Assembly (NCBI GenBank): GCA_002454335.1
Contig: DKIP01000020.1
Span: 22,101-86,100 of the forward strand
From: Cytophagaceae bacterium UBA6715
Lineage (GTDB): Bacteria; Bacteroidota; Bacteroidia; Cytophagales; Spirosomataceae
DNA length: 64,000 nucleotides
Direction of reading: 5' to 3'
Shown: positions 42,368 to 52,223 of the stretch, piece by piece
Numbering within the stretch: position 1 is the stretch's first letter
Layout of the letters: each line of letters starts with the position of its first letter
Made by a program: the position numbers and the translations under genes
The notes under the pieces: generated by a model
What the model saw: the letters and a program-made list of their open reading frames with translations, nothing else
Database searches by the model: none
Told to the model about the DNA's origin: nothing

Positions 42368-43015
42368 TTAAAATTGTAATAATTCAACTGCTTTTACTCC
42401 TACGAAATTTGGGATGATTTTATCCGCTAATGATAGTGTTAGAGCCTCTCCTATTCCAACTGCTTTCATGTTACCTGCTTTTGCCGCTTCCACCCCTGCT
42501 TGTGCATCTTCAAATACAATACAAGCGTCAGGTGCTAAGCCTAAACCTTCTGCTCCTTTTAAGAACACTTCAGGATCCGGTTTGCTTTTGGAGACTTTAT
42601 TCCCATCAATAATTAAATCGAACCAAGGCAATAGGCCTGTTTTTTCGAGAATTATTTCAGCATTTTTACTCGCTGAACCTAAAGCAATTTTATATCCTAA
42701 ATCTTTTATTTGTTGCAAGAATTCTAATACGCCAGGTAGGATTTCGCTTGGATTCATGTTGGAGATTAGACGCAAATATTCTTCATTTTTCTCTGTTAAC
42801 CAGGCAGCTTTTTGTTCATGTGTTGCGGAATAATTCGCCCAAGCCAAAATTTTATTTAATGATTCTACGCGAGATACTCCTTTCAATTGTTCGTTTTGTT
42901 CTACTGTTAATTCATATCCGAATTGTTTACCTAGATTTTTCCAAGCTTGAAAGTGGTAAATAGCTGTATCAACGAGAACTCCATCTAGATCAAAAAGGCA
43001 TGCCTTGTACTTCAT
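42368..43015 (-). CDS. pgmB: Beta-phosphoglucomutase
   Basis: FDLDGVLVDTA, LKGVSR, SASKN, KPDPEVF and FEDA HAD motifs. Confidence 0.94.
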   Translation of the reverse strand: MKYKACLFDLDGVLVDTAIYHFQAWKNLGKQFGYELTVEQNEQLKGVSRVESLNKILAWANYSATHEQKAAWLTEKNEEYLRLISNMNPSEILPGVLEFLQQIKDLGYKIALGSASKNAEIILEKTGLLPWFDLIIDGNKVSKSKPDPEVFLKGAEGLGLAPDACIVFEDAQAGVEAAKAGNMKAVGIGEALTLSLADKIIPNFVGVKAVELLQF

Positions 43016-43121
43016 TTGTTTTAAATTTTAACTTTTCTGTATAAATTGAAGTATCAAAATTATTACATTTACAGATGCCAAGAAAGCCTTTTTTGCTGTG
43101 CTACGGTGTTTATTTTATTAT

Positions 43122-44909
43122 ATGCGTTTAATCTCTTCTTTTGTTTTTTACACACTAACACTACTAAGTGTTTCAAGTTCTTTATATTCTCAACTGCCTA
43201 TGTCGTCTAAATCAGCATCTGAAAAATTTGTTGTATACCAAATGATGTTTCACCTATGGGGAAACAAACAAACAGAATTAATTCGAAATGGTTCCTACAA
43301 ACAGAATGGCGTGACAAAATTTAAGGATGTTTCTGATGTTGCATTGAAGGCGTTAAGAAAAAAGGGTATTTCACACCTATATGCCACGGGATTAATTGAG
43401 CATGCCACCATGGAAGATTTCACGACCTTCGGTTCTCCATTAGATCATCCTTCCGTAGTAAAAGGTAGGGCGGGTTCTCCCTTTGCGATTAAAGATTACT
43501 ATGATGTTAATCCCTTTTTGGCAGAGAATCCTGCCAAGCGAATGGATGAATTTAAAGACATGTTGAAGCGTATTCACGCAAATGGGCTTCAGTTGATTAT
43601 TGACTTTGTTCCAAATCATTTGGCTCGTCAATACTCCTCCGATCAAAAACCACAAGGTGTCGTTGATTTTGGCGTTCATGATAAGCAAGATGTAGCTTTC
43701 GATATTAACAACAATTTTTATTATTTACCGGGTACGAAGTTTTCCGTACCAGAAGGTGTTCACCCCCCTGTACCTGTAACGATTCCTTACACCGAAATTC
43801 CTGCCAAGGTTAGTGGAAATAACGTATTCTCCTCTCAGCCCTCGATTCATGATTGGTTTGAAACGGTAAAATTAAATTACGGCATCGATTACCAACATGG
43901 GAGTCAGACTCATTTTGATCCCATTCCCAATACCTGGCTGAAAATGCATGAGGTGCTTTCCTATTGGACAGCATTAGGTGTCGATGGTTTTCGTTGTGAT
44001 ATGGCCGAAATGGTTCCTGTCGAATTTTGGACCTATGCCATTGGACAGATAAAACAGCTAAATCCGAAGATTATTTTTATTGCGGAAATATATCAACCAG
44101 ATCGTTACCGTGATTATATATTTAAGGGTGGTTTTGATTATCTGTATGACAAAGTGGGTTTGTATGATGCTGTTCGCCGACTGATGGAACAAAAACCTGA
44201 GGCAAATGTTGGTGATATTACACGCGTTTGGCAACATGAATCTGGCGACTTTGCGAATCACATGTTACGTTTCTTGGAAAATCACGATGAACATCGCTTG
44301 AATACACCGGCTTTCGCTGCCCATAATTTTTGGTCGACGATCCCAGGCATGGTTATTACCACTTGTTTGCATGATGGTCCTACAATGTTGTATATGGGGC
44401 AGGAATTTGGGGAGAAGGCGAATGAGATTGAAGGTTACAATGAAGCCGATAATCGTAGTTCTATGTTTGATTTTTGGCGTGTGGAAACACATCAGCGTTG
44501 GATGAATGGGGGTAAATTTGATGGAGGGGCTTTGTCGGCAGAAGAAAAGGAAATCGATGCTTTTTATCAAGATTTGTTCAAGCGTGCTGCAAAATCGGAT
44601 GCCATTGCTAAAGGCTCATTTTTTGACTTACAATATGCACAGAACGGAACTTATCCGAGCAAAAAGGTTTATTCGTTCCTTCGTTATACTGCCAAAGAAC
44701 GTTTATTAATCATTTGTAATTTTGATCCACAACAAGCACATTTTCTTGATGTAGTTATTCCTGACTTGGCAAAAGACATGATGGGTGTTAAGCAAGTGAA
44801 TTTCAAATTGGAACATGCCTATATACCTCCACATGTTGCTGAAACAGCTAAGGTTTCGTCAAATTCTATTTACATTCCTGCCAATAGTGCTTTACTTATT
44901 AAACTCTAA
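43122..44909 (+). CDS. GH13 alpha-amylase family glycoside hydrolase, secreted
   Basis: DFVPNH, GFRCDMA, FIAEIY and FLENHDE catalytic regions; signal peptide from ATG 43122. Confidence 0.9.
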   Translation: MRLISSFVFYTLTLLSVSSSLYSQLPMSSKSASEKFVVYQMMFHLWGNKQTELIRNGSYKQNGVTKFKDVSDVALKALRKKGISHLYATGLIEHATMEDFTTFGSPLDHPSVVKGRAGSPFAIKDYYDVNPFLAENPAKRMDEFKDMLKRIHANGLQLIIDFVPNHLARQYSSDQKPQGVVDFGVHDKQDVAFDINNNFYYLPGTKFSVPEGVHPPVPVTIPYTEIPAKVSGNNVFSSQPSIHDWFETVKLNYGIDYQHGSQTHFDPIPNTWLKMHEVLSYWTALGVDGFRCDMAEMVPVEFWTYAIGQIKQLNPKIIFIAEIYQPDRYRDYIFKGGFDYLYDKVGLYDAVRRLMEQKPEANVGDITRVWQHESGDFANHMLRFLENHDEHRLNTPAFAAHNFWSTIPGMVITTCLHDGPTMLYMGQEFGEKANEIEGYNEADNRSSMFDFWRVETHQRWMNGGKFDGGALSAEEKEIDAFYQDLFKRAAKSDAIAKGSFFDLQYAQNGTYPSKKVYSFLRYTAKERLLIICNFDPQQAHFLDVVIPDLAKDMMGVKQVNFKLEHAYIPPHVAETAKVSSNSIYIPANSALLIKL

Positions 44910-44912
44910 ACC

Positions 44913-46235
44913 ATGAAAAGCTTTACAAAACCTAAATTATCCATTACCCAAATTATCAACATGAGTGTTGGATTCTTAGGAATTCAATTTGGCTTTGCTT
45001 TGCAAAATGGAAATGCTTCTCGAATCTTACAAAGTTTTGGCGCGGATGTCGAGCAATTGTCATGGTTCTGGTTGGCCGCCCCATTAACGGGTATGATCAT
45101 TCAGCCTATTATTGGTTTTTATTCGGATCGAACTTGGAATTTCTTAGGTCGACGGAAGCCTTTCTTTTTAACGGGTGCAATATTAGCAGCTTCTGCCCTT
45201 TTCTTTTTTCCGCATGCGGGAGCTTTAGCCGGTTTTTTACCTCCTATGATTGTTGGTGCAGGTATATTGATGATGATGGATGCATCTTTTAACGTATCCA
45301 TGGAACCCTTTCGTGCGTTGGTGGCGGATAATTTGCCTGATGAACAAAGTACTTTGGGTTTCTCGGTTCAAACTTTTTTAATTGGAGTTGGTGCAGTTGT
45401 AGGTTCATGGTTACCCTATATTTTTGGTGAATGGGTTGGCATTGCGAAAGATGCAGCTCCTGGCCAAATTCCAGATAATGTTGTGTATTCTTTCTATGTA
45501 GGTGGTACCGTATTTATGTTAGCAATTTTGTGGACTATTTTAACGACAAAAGAATATTCACCTGCTGAGCGCGAATCCATGGGATTTCAAGAGGAAGGTC
45601 AGGAAGATACCTTGTTTTCGGTTTTCCGTTACATCAAAGAAATGCCGAATACGATGCGCCAATTGGGATTGGTTCAATTTTTCTCTTGGTTTGGTTTATT
45701 TTCCATGTGGGTATTTTCAACGCCTGCCATTGCACATCATGTGTATGGTGTGGCTTCAGATGATCATAGTTCAACCGCTTTTCAAGATGCAGCCAATTGG
45801 GTTGGGATTATATTTGGTGTATATAGTGGTGTTTCGGCAATTTATGCTGCTTTTTTACCTCAAATAGCACGTAGAATTGGAAATAAAGCGACCCACGCAG
45901 TTTCTCTAGTGTCTGGTGGTTTAGGATTAATTTCTATTTATTTTATCTCTGATCCTACGATGTTGATTTTTAGTATGGTGGGTGTAGGCATGGCTTGGGC
46001 CAGTATCTTAGCGATGCCTTATGCCATTTTAGCAGGTTCAATTCCTTTGGCTAAAATGGGGGTCTATATGGGGATATTCAATTTCTTTATTACAATTCCA
46101 CAAATAGTCAACGGAATTGTTGGTGGCTCGATTGTGAAGTATTTATATAATGGTGAAGCTATTTATGCCATTGTCATGGCGGGGGTATTTTTCTTGATGG
46201 GTGCTGTCAGTGTATTATGGATCAAAGAAAAGTAG
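44913..46235 (+). CDS. MFS maltose/sucrose-type (GPH/SLC45-like) transporter
   Basis: GFLGIQFGFALQ, QPIIG..SDR, GRRKPF and MGIFNFFITIPQ motifs. Confidence 0.9.
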   Translation: MKSFTKPKLSITQIINMSVGFLGIQFGFALQNGNASRILQSFGADVEQLSWFWLAAPLTGMIIQPIIGFYSDRTWNFLGRRKPFFLTGAILAASALFFFPHAGALAGFLPPMIVGAGILMMMDASFNVSMEPFRALVADNLPDEQSTLGFSVQTFLIGVGAVVGSWLPYIFGEWVGIAKDAAPGQIPDNVVYSFYVGGTVFMLAILWTILTTKEYSPAERESMGFQEEGQEDTLFSVFRYIKEMPNTMRQLGLVQFFSWFGLFSMWVFSTPAIAHHVYGVASDDHSSTAFQDAANWVGIIFGVYSGVSAIYAAFLPQIARRIGNKATHAVSLVSGGLGLISIYFISDPTMLIFSMVGVGMAWASILAMPYAILAGSIPLAKMGVYMGIFNFFITIPQIVNGIVGGSIVKYLYNGEAIYAIVMAGVFFLMGAVSVLWIKEK

Positions 46236-46960
46236 TTCTTTTTGGATTGCTGTTTAGTTTTTCTGCCGCATTTGGCCAACAAGCATCACTTTCATTAGTC
46301 GATATAGGTAAACAGTTTTTAAGAAAGCCGTATCAAGCGAATATGCTTTCCGTAGGTAATCCAGAGCAATTAATTTCTTCGAAAGAAGCCTTTGATTGTG
46401 TGACATTTTTGGAAAATTGTTTAGCCATTCGAAATGCCAAAGGTGTTGATTCTTTATATTCAAAAGCGCTGATTCATGTTCGTTATGCCAGTGATTCGGT
46501 CCAATATGAAAATCGTTTTCATTATTTTTCGGATGCCATGAATGCCTTGGGTTATCCTCAAATTTTGGATGAAGCCCATATAAGTGTTGCGATCAAGGAC
46601 TTTTCTTTTCTTTCATCATATTTACGGTCAAAAAAGTTCCCATCTATCAATACAGGACTTATAGAAAATCGTGAAAAAACTTTAGCTAAGCGTCCGTTTC
46701 AATATACAGTCGTGGACAATATTGCTTATTTATATCCGCGCATTCAATCAGGTGATTTGGTTGCATTTGTTACGAAAAATCCACATTTAGATTTCTTGCA
46801 TACAGGCATGTTGGTTCGGGAAAGAAATTCCATTCATTTATTACATGCTTCGCAAGATAAGAAGCAGGTCGTTATAAGTTCAGAAAATTTAAGAGAATAC
46901 CTGAGTTCACACCCAAAATTTATTGGAATTTGTGTTTTTAGGCCTATTTTTAATGAATGA
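46217..46960 (+). CDS. DUF1460 / NlpC-P60-like N-acetylmuramoyl-L-alanine amidase family protein
   Basis: Signal peptide; FDCVTF (catalytic Cys), RY, R.HYFSD, GDLV, HTG and LLHAS motifs. Confidence 0.8.
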   Translation: MDQRKVVLFGLLFSFSAAFGQQASLSLVDIGKQFLRKPYQANMLSVGNPEQLISSKEAFDCVTFLENCLAIRNAKGVDSLYSKALIHVRYASDSVQYENRFHYFSDAMNALGYPQILDEAHISVAIKDFSFLSSYLRSKKFPSINTGLIENREKTLAKRPFQYTVVDNIAYLYPRIQSGDLVAFVTKNPHLDFLHTGMLVRERNSIHLLHASQDKKQVVISSENLREYLSSHPKFIGICVFRPIFNE

Positions 46961-48087
46961 AAAAATACGACTTTGACCAGGTCATTGACCGAAAAAACAC
47001 ATTCAGTTTTAAGTGGGACAATGTAAGCTACGGAGATCGGGATATTTTGCCTATGCCGGTAGCTGATATGGAGTTTCCAGTCGCAGATGAAATTCTTGCT
47101 GCGATTGATAAAATCACTGAACATAAGATTTTAGGTTATTCCATCGTGCCTGAATCACTCCAAATAGCCGCTCAGAAGAAGATTTCTAGGGATTATGCTT
47201 GGGAAACGAAATTGGAATGGCAGGTTTGGATTCCGGGGATCGTTCCTGGGATTACTGCAGCTTGCGCTGCATTTTCTTCTCCTCAAGATGGTATTCTAAC
47301 AGCAGTTCCTGTTTATCATCCTTTTCATTTGGTTGCAGGCTGGTTAGGTCATCCCCTATTTACCTTTCCGATGATTGAGGAGGGTGGTCGGTGGACCTAT
47401 GATTTTATCGCTTTTGAAGAGGCCTTGAAGAAAGGACCCAAAGTGTTTTTGTTTTGTAATCCGCATAATCCAGGTGGGACTGTTTTTACAAAAGCGGAGA
47501 TAAAGCGAATTAAAGATTTGTGCCAAAAATATGATTGTAAGATCATATCGGATGAAATTCATGCCGACTTGAAAATAGATCCTTCAGTACATCATACCTG
47601 TATTCAAAGCGAAATTTCATTTTTTGCTACCTCGAAAGCGTATAATACAGCGGGCTTGGGTGGTGCTGTAGCTATTATCCCGGATCCTGCCATTCGGTTG
47701 GCTTTTCAAAAGAAGACTTTTGGCTTTTTTCCGATGCTTTCAAGGCATAGCATTGAGGTGATGCTTGCAACCTATGCCATGCCTTCAGATTGGATTGATA
47801 CGCTTTTGCCTTACTTACGGTCAAATCATGACTTATTATTATCACGGATGAATCAATTGCCTGGAATAAAGATGCTTCCCTTAGAAGCTACTTATTTAGC
47901 GTGGATCGGATTTGATTCAAAATTGCATGGCGATTTACAAAAAAGCTTTTTTGATGCGGGATTGCATGTTTTGCGTGGTGATCAATTTATGGGCGGTGAG
48001 TTTTTTCGTTTGAATTTTGCTTGTCCTAAATCACAATTGCTTAAAGCTATTGAAATCATTGAAAGCGTTGTTCATGCGGCTCGTTAA
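46957..48087 (+). CDS. MalY/PatB family PLP C-S lyase
   Basis: DFDQVIDR..T.S.KWD, PMPVADMEF, CNPHNPGG, SDEIHAD, SKAYN and RLNFAC motifs. Confidence 0.88.
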   Translation: MKKYDFDQVIDRKNTFSFKWDNVSYGDRDILPMPVADMEFPVADEILAAIDKITEHKILGYSIVPESLQIAAQKKISRDYAWETKLEWQVWIPGIVPGITAACAAFSSPQDGILTAVPVYHPFHLVAGWLGHPLFTFPMIEEGGRWTYDFIAFEEALKKGPKVFLFCNPHNPGGTVFTKAEIKRIKDLCQKYDCKIISDEIHADLKIDPSVHHTCIQSEISFFATSKAYNTAGLGGAVAIIPDPAIRLAFQKKTFGFFPMLSRHSIEVMLATYAMPSDWIDTLLPYLRSNHDLLLSRMNQLPGIKMLPLEATYLAWIGFDSKLHGDLQKSFFDAGLHVLRGDQFMGGEFFRLNFACPKSQLLKAIEIIESVVHAAR

Positions 48088-48700
48088 GTTCATTCTTTTT
48101 ATTGTTTTAGTGACTTCTTTGCTTGGACTATTCTATATTGTTCAACAATGGGAGGATGAACCTATGCAGGTTGGCTTGGAGGACCAATTACATCTCTCTA
48201 CTTCTGCCGATTCATTAGCGGCGCATGCGGCAATTGATACCCAACTAATTCAACAAGCAACAGCCATAAATGCATTGTTTGAAGATTATGAGGCACATAT
48301 TGAAAATCATGTACTATTGATTTCAAAAAGTAACCGTTTACTTCATCAATATAAATTGAATAATATTGAAGCAAATCAACTTTTGCTAGCTGATATGAAT
48401 GGTGATGATTTTCCAGAATGTTGGGTTTTAGGTCATAAACCAAGTAAACAAGTAGAAATTTTTGCTTTAGAATTCAAGTCGGGACATAGCAATCGATTAC
48501 ATTTTCCTACCTTGAAAGGAAGTCAGGCCTTCGGGTATGCAGGTGGGGATTCTTTGTATTTGGAGAAGACGACGATTGCCCGACAATTTAATTTTGCGCA
48601 TGATCCCTATTCCGATGTGGAAAGTGGAAAGCGCGTGTGTTTTTATCAATATGGTAAAGACCAAAGTTTTGTATTAAAGAAAACAATAGACCTAGAATAA
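48074..48700 (+). CDS. Membrane-anchored hypothetical protein (weak resemblance to PliI-like proteins)
   Basis: N-terminal TM helix from ATG 48074; ADMNGDDFPE and GYAGGD motifs. Confidence 0.5.
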   Translation: MRLVKFILFIVLVTSLLGLFYIVQQWEDEPMQVGLEDQLHLSTSADSLAAHAAIDTQLIQQATAINALFEDYEAHIENHVLLISKSNRLLHQYKLNNIEANQLLLADMNGDDFPECWVLGHKPSKQVEIFALEFKSGHSNRLHFPTLKGSQAFGYAGGDSLYLEKTTIARQFNFAHDPYSDVESGKRVCFYQYGKDQSFVLKKTIDLE

Positions 48701-48702
48701 CA

Positions 48703-50415
48703 ATGAAACCGAATTTACGCTCCCAACAATGGTTTGGAAAAACTGGCAAGGATGGATTTATTTACCGTGCTTGGATGAAAAATCAAGGTATTCCTGATGA
48801 TTATTTTCAAGGAAAACCTGTCATTGGGATTTGTAATACTTGGTCAGAATTAACCCCTTGTAATGCCCATTTTCGTGAATTAGCTGAATTTGTTAAAAAG
48901 GGAATTATTGAAGCGGGTGGTTTCCCGGTAGAATTTCCAGTGATGTCCTTAGGTGAAACCTTGATTAAGCCCACGGCAATGTTATATCGAAATTTGGCGA
49001 GTATGGATGTGGAAGAATCCATTCGTGCTAATCCGATTGATGGTGTAGTGTTAATGTGTGGTTGTGACAAGACGACACCTTCCCTTGTGATGGGCGCTTG
49101 CAGTGTGGATTTACCTACTTTGGTTATATCGGGAGGACCGATGATGAAGGGTAAATTCAAAGGTAAAGAAATTGGGACATCGGATGTTTGGCGTTTCGCA
49201 GAAGCATATAAATTAGGGGAACTATCTCAAAAGGAATTTATAGAAGCTGAAGCTTGTATGGCGCGTACGCCAGGACACTGTGCCGTGATGGGAACTGCAT
49301 CTACGATGGCAACTATGGTCGAAGCTTTGGGTTTAAGTTTGCCCCAAAATGCAGCCATTCCTGCTGCCGATGTTCGGAGAAAGGTTTTGGCTCAACATTC
49401 CGGCCGACGGATCGTTGAAATGGTCAATGAGGATTTGAAAATGTCGAAAGTATTGACCCGACAAGCCTTTGAAAATGCGATTCGTGTGAATGCGGCAACT
49501 GGAGGTTCGACCAATTTTGTTATTCACTTATTAGCGATTGCGGGTCGGATTGGTGTTGATTTGCATTTGGATGATTTTGATAAGTTTTCTTTGGATATTC
49601 CTTTATTGGCGAATATTCAGCCTTCTGGAGCTCACTTTATGGAGGATTTATATTATGCAGGAGGATTGCCGGCATTGATGAATCAAATGAAAGAACATTT
49701 ACATACGTCGAGTATTACCGTCAATGGTAAAACAGTGGGAGAAAATATTACAGATACGCCTATTTACGATCCGAGCATTATTTCAAGTTTCGATGAACCG
49801 TTTAAACCGGACTCAGGAATTGCAGTTGTTCGCGGAAATTTAGCTCCTCAGGGTGCTGTATTAAAGCCTTCAGCTGCTTCTCCGGAGTTATTTAAGCACC
49901 GGGGCAAAGCTGTCGTATTTGAAAATATAGAAGATTATCATGCACGCATTGATTCGCCAGAACTGGAAATAGATGAGACATCTGTGATGGTTTTGAAAAA
50001 TGTAGGTCCCAAAGGATATCCTGGTATGGCGGAAGTTGGTAATATGGGAATCCCTAAGAAACTATTAGAAAAGGGTGTTAAAGACATGGTTCGTATTTCG
50101 GATGGACGGATGAGTGGAACTGGTTTTGGTACAGTTATATTGCATATTTCACCAGAATCTGCCGCAGGAGGCCCCTTGAATTGGGTTCAGAATGGTGATT
50201 ACATTTCGTTGGATGTTGAAAATCGTTCGATTAATTGGGAAGTGAGCGAAGCAGAATTTGTTGCTCGTAAATTAGCGCATCCGTTTGTCCCTCCTTCTAT
50301 GCCGCGTGGGTATGTGGGTTTATTTATTGATCATGTGGAGCAAGCTGACCAAGGAGCTGATTTTGATTTCTTAAAAGGTGGTTCTGGTTCTGTTGTAACA
50401 CGCGATTCTCACTAA
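48703..50415 (+). CDS. IlvD/Edd family sugar-acid dehydratase (L-arabinonate dehydratase-like)
   Basis: NTWSELTPCNAH, GCDKTTP, GHCAVMGTAST, GGSTN and SDGRMSGT motifs. Confidence 0.88.
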   Translation: MKPNLRSQQWFGKTGKDGFIYRAWMKNQGIPDDYFQGKPVIGICNTWSELTPCNAHFRELAEFVKKGIIEAGGFPVEFPVMSLGETLIKPTAMLYRNLASMDVEESIRANPIDGVVLMCGCDKTTPSLVMGACSVDLPTLVISGGPMMKGKFKGKEIGTSDVWRFAEAYKLGELSQKEFIEAEACMARTPGHCAVMGTASTMATMVEALGLSLPQNAAIPAADVRRKVLAQHSGRRIVEMVNEDLKMSKVLTRQAFENAIRVNAATGGSTNFVIHLLAIAGRIGVDLHLDDFDKFSLDIPLLANIQPSGAHFMEDLYYAGGLPALMNQMKEHLHTSSITVNGKTVGENITDTPIYDPSIISSFDEPFKPDSGIAVVRGNLAPQGAVLKPSAASPELFKHRGKAVVFENIEDYHARIDSPELEIDETSVMVLKNVGPKGYPGMAEVGNMGIPKKLLEKGVKDMVRISDGRMSGTGFGTVILHISPESAAGGPLNWVQNGDYISLDVENRSINWEVSEAEFVARKLAHPFVPPSMPRGYVGLFIDHVEQADQGADFDFLKGGSGSVVTRDSH

Positions 50416-51167
50416 TGAAAAAGTACATCGTCACAGGTGCTGGCCAAGGAATTGGTTTTGAATTGGTCAAACATTTATTGGACCAAGGGCATTTTGTGAT
50501 TTGGAATGAGATAGATTCAGTCGTTTTCGATCATGCTTCGCAGGAATTAAATAAACATGGTTTGCGTCAGTTTATTGGTATTCATGGGGATGCAGCTGCC
50601 GATTTGTTCCGTACTGAATTATTGAAGGTTTTGGATTCAAGCCCTGGCGAGTTATCAGGTGTCGTTTGTAATGCAGGAATTACGACCTTTGGCGATTTTT
50701 GGTGCTATTCCAAAGAATCGATGGACCAGATTTTACATGTGAATATTTCGGGTACTTTCTTTTTGATTCAATTGGTGGCTCGTTATTTGAAGGAGCATCA
50801 ATTGTCCGGATCAATTGTTGTGATGTCCTCGGTTACGGGCCATCAGGCGCATCCTGATTTAGCGGCATATGGCATGACAAAAGCTGCGCTGAATCAATTG
50901 GTAAAGAATTTAGTCATTGATTTGTCGCCTTTTCAGATTCGGATTAATGCGATTTCGCCGGGGGCGACGATTACGGAACGAACCCTCAAAAATGAAGAAT
51001 ATCAATCCGATTGGGCTGAAATTACACCTTTAGGTAAAGCGGCTGATGTTTCTGATATTGCTGCTTCTACCTTATTCTTTTTATCTGATCAAGCTAAACA
51101 CATTACTGGCCAAACTCTTGTTGTGGATGGTGGATGGACTTCTGTTAGTCCTGCTCCTAGGCACTAG
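50415..51167 (+). CDS. SDR family oxidoreductase
   Basis: TGAGQGIG, NAG and YGMTK motifs. Confidence 0.88.
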   Translation: MKKYIVTGAGQGIGFELVKHLLDQGHFVIWNEIDSVVFDHASQELNKHGLRQFIGIHGDAAADLFRTELLKVLDSSPGELSGVVCNAGITTFGDFWCYSKESMDQILHVNISGTFFLIQLVARYLKEHQLSGSIVVMSSVTGHQAHPDLAAYGMTKAALNQLVKNLVIDLSPFQIRINAISPGATITERTLKNEEYQSDWAEITPLGKAADVSDIAASTLFFLSDQAKHITGQTLVVDGGWTSVSPAPRH

Positions 51168-52222
51168 GCCCAGGCTTTTTCTAAGAAATTTAACCAGTTT
51201 TGGTGACAGATTTTTTTGATATCATCTGAGCTAAATCCGCGCTTAAGCAATAAATCTGGGATTTTTTGTAAGTCGGCAATAGTCTCAATATCTGATGGAC
51301 ATTGTTCCTTTCCAAATCCTCCATCTAAATCGGTACCTAATCCAACATGATTTGTATTTCCTGCTAACTCACAAATATGAGTCAAATGATCGATCATGGT
51401 ATTCAAAGTCACTCCCATGGATTTTGGAGTTGATTTTCCGCGTTCCCAATTCGGAACCATCATCCAAGCGTCCATTGGCATGCCGATTACCGCGCCACGC
51501 GAAATCAGTAATTTAAATTGCTCGTCGGTGAATTGCCGATTGTGATTTACGAGGGCTCTGCAGTTATGATGACTTGCCCAGACATGTCCATTGAAATGTT
51601 CCAGGGCTTCCTCAAAGCTATCATCACAGAGGTGCGTGGCATCTAAAATGATATTCAATTCTTCCATTTTACGCAGTAAATCGCGCCCCATGGGTCCCAA
51701 ACCTCCTGTTGCATTTGTTCCTTGTGCATATCGACCCGGTCCATAATGGGCAGGTCCTAAAGCGCGAAGACCTGATTCGTGCGCCATTTCTAAATATTCG
51801 ATGGATACAATGGAATCTGCCCCTTCTAGACTTAGGATATAACCGATGGTTTGTAGGTCCGTAGGCCAAATGGCTAGATGGTCATATAATTCAGGAAGAT
51901 TCCGAATGGGACGAAGATCTCCACTCTTTTCCAATGCTTTGTAATATGCTAATTGGCCTTGAGTTTGTGCCCAGGCTTGTTCGGGAGAATGCCAACCAGG
52001 AAGTGAATTTCCTTTGGCAACATACCGGGCTATCTGGGTTGCAACAACTAATCCGATGTTTCCTTTTCTTAGTTCGTCTAAAGAAACAGTCGCTAGGCCT
52101 CGGTCGGGCTTATCCGTTAAATGTTGTTCTCGCGCATTTATTTCTTGAATAGAAGCGCGTAAATCACGATTCCACTCAAGTGCATTCATACTTAAATCCA
52201 AATGGGCGTCTACAATAAACAT
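51164..52222 (-). CDS. Membrane dipeptidase (M19)-like amidohydrolase
   Basis: DAHLD, SLEGAD, DATH, ASHHN and GTDLDGG motifs. Confidence 0.85.
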   Translation of the reverse strand: MFIVDAHLDLSMNALEWNRDLRASIQEINAREQHLTDKPDRGLATVSLDELRKGNIGLVVATQIARYVAKGNSLPGWHSPEQAWAQTQGQLAYYKALEKSGDLRPIRNLPELYDHLAIWPTDLQTIGYILSLEGADSIVSIEYLEMAHESGLRALGPAHYGPGRYAQGTNATGGLGPMGRDLLRKMEELNIILDATHLCDDSFEEALEHFNGHVWASHHNCRALVNHNRQFTDEQFKLLISRGAVIGMPMDAWMMVPNWERGKSTPKSMGVTLNTMIDHLTHICELAGNTNHVGLGTDLDGGFGKEQCPSDIETIADLQKIPDLLLKRGFSSDDIKKICHQNWLNFLEKAWA

Positions 52223-52223
52223 C

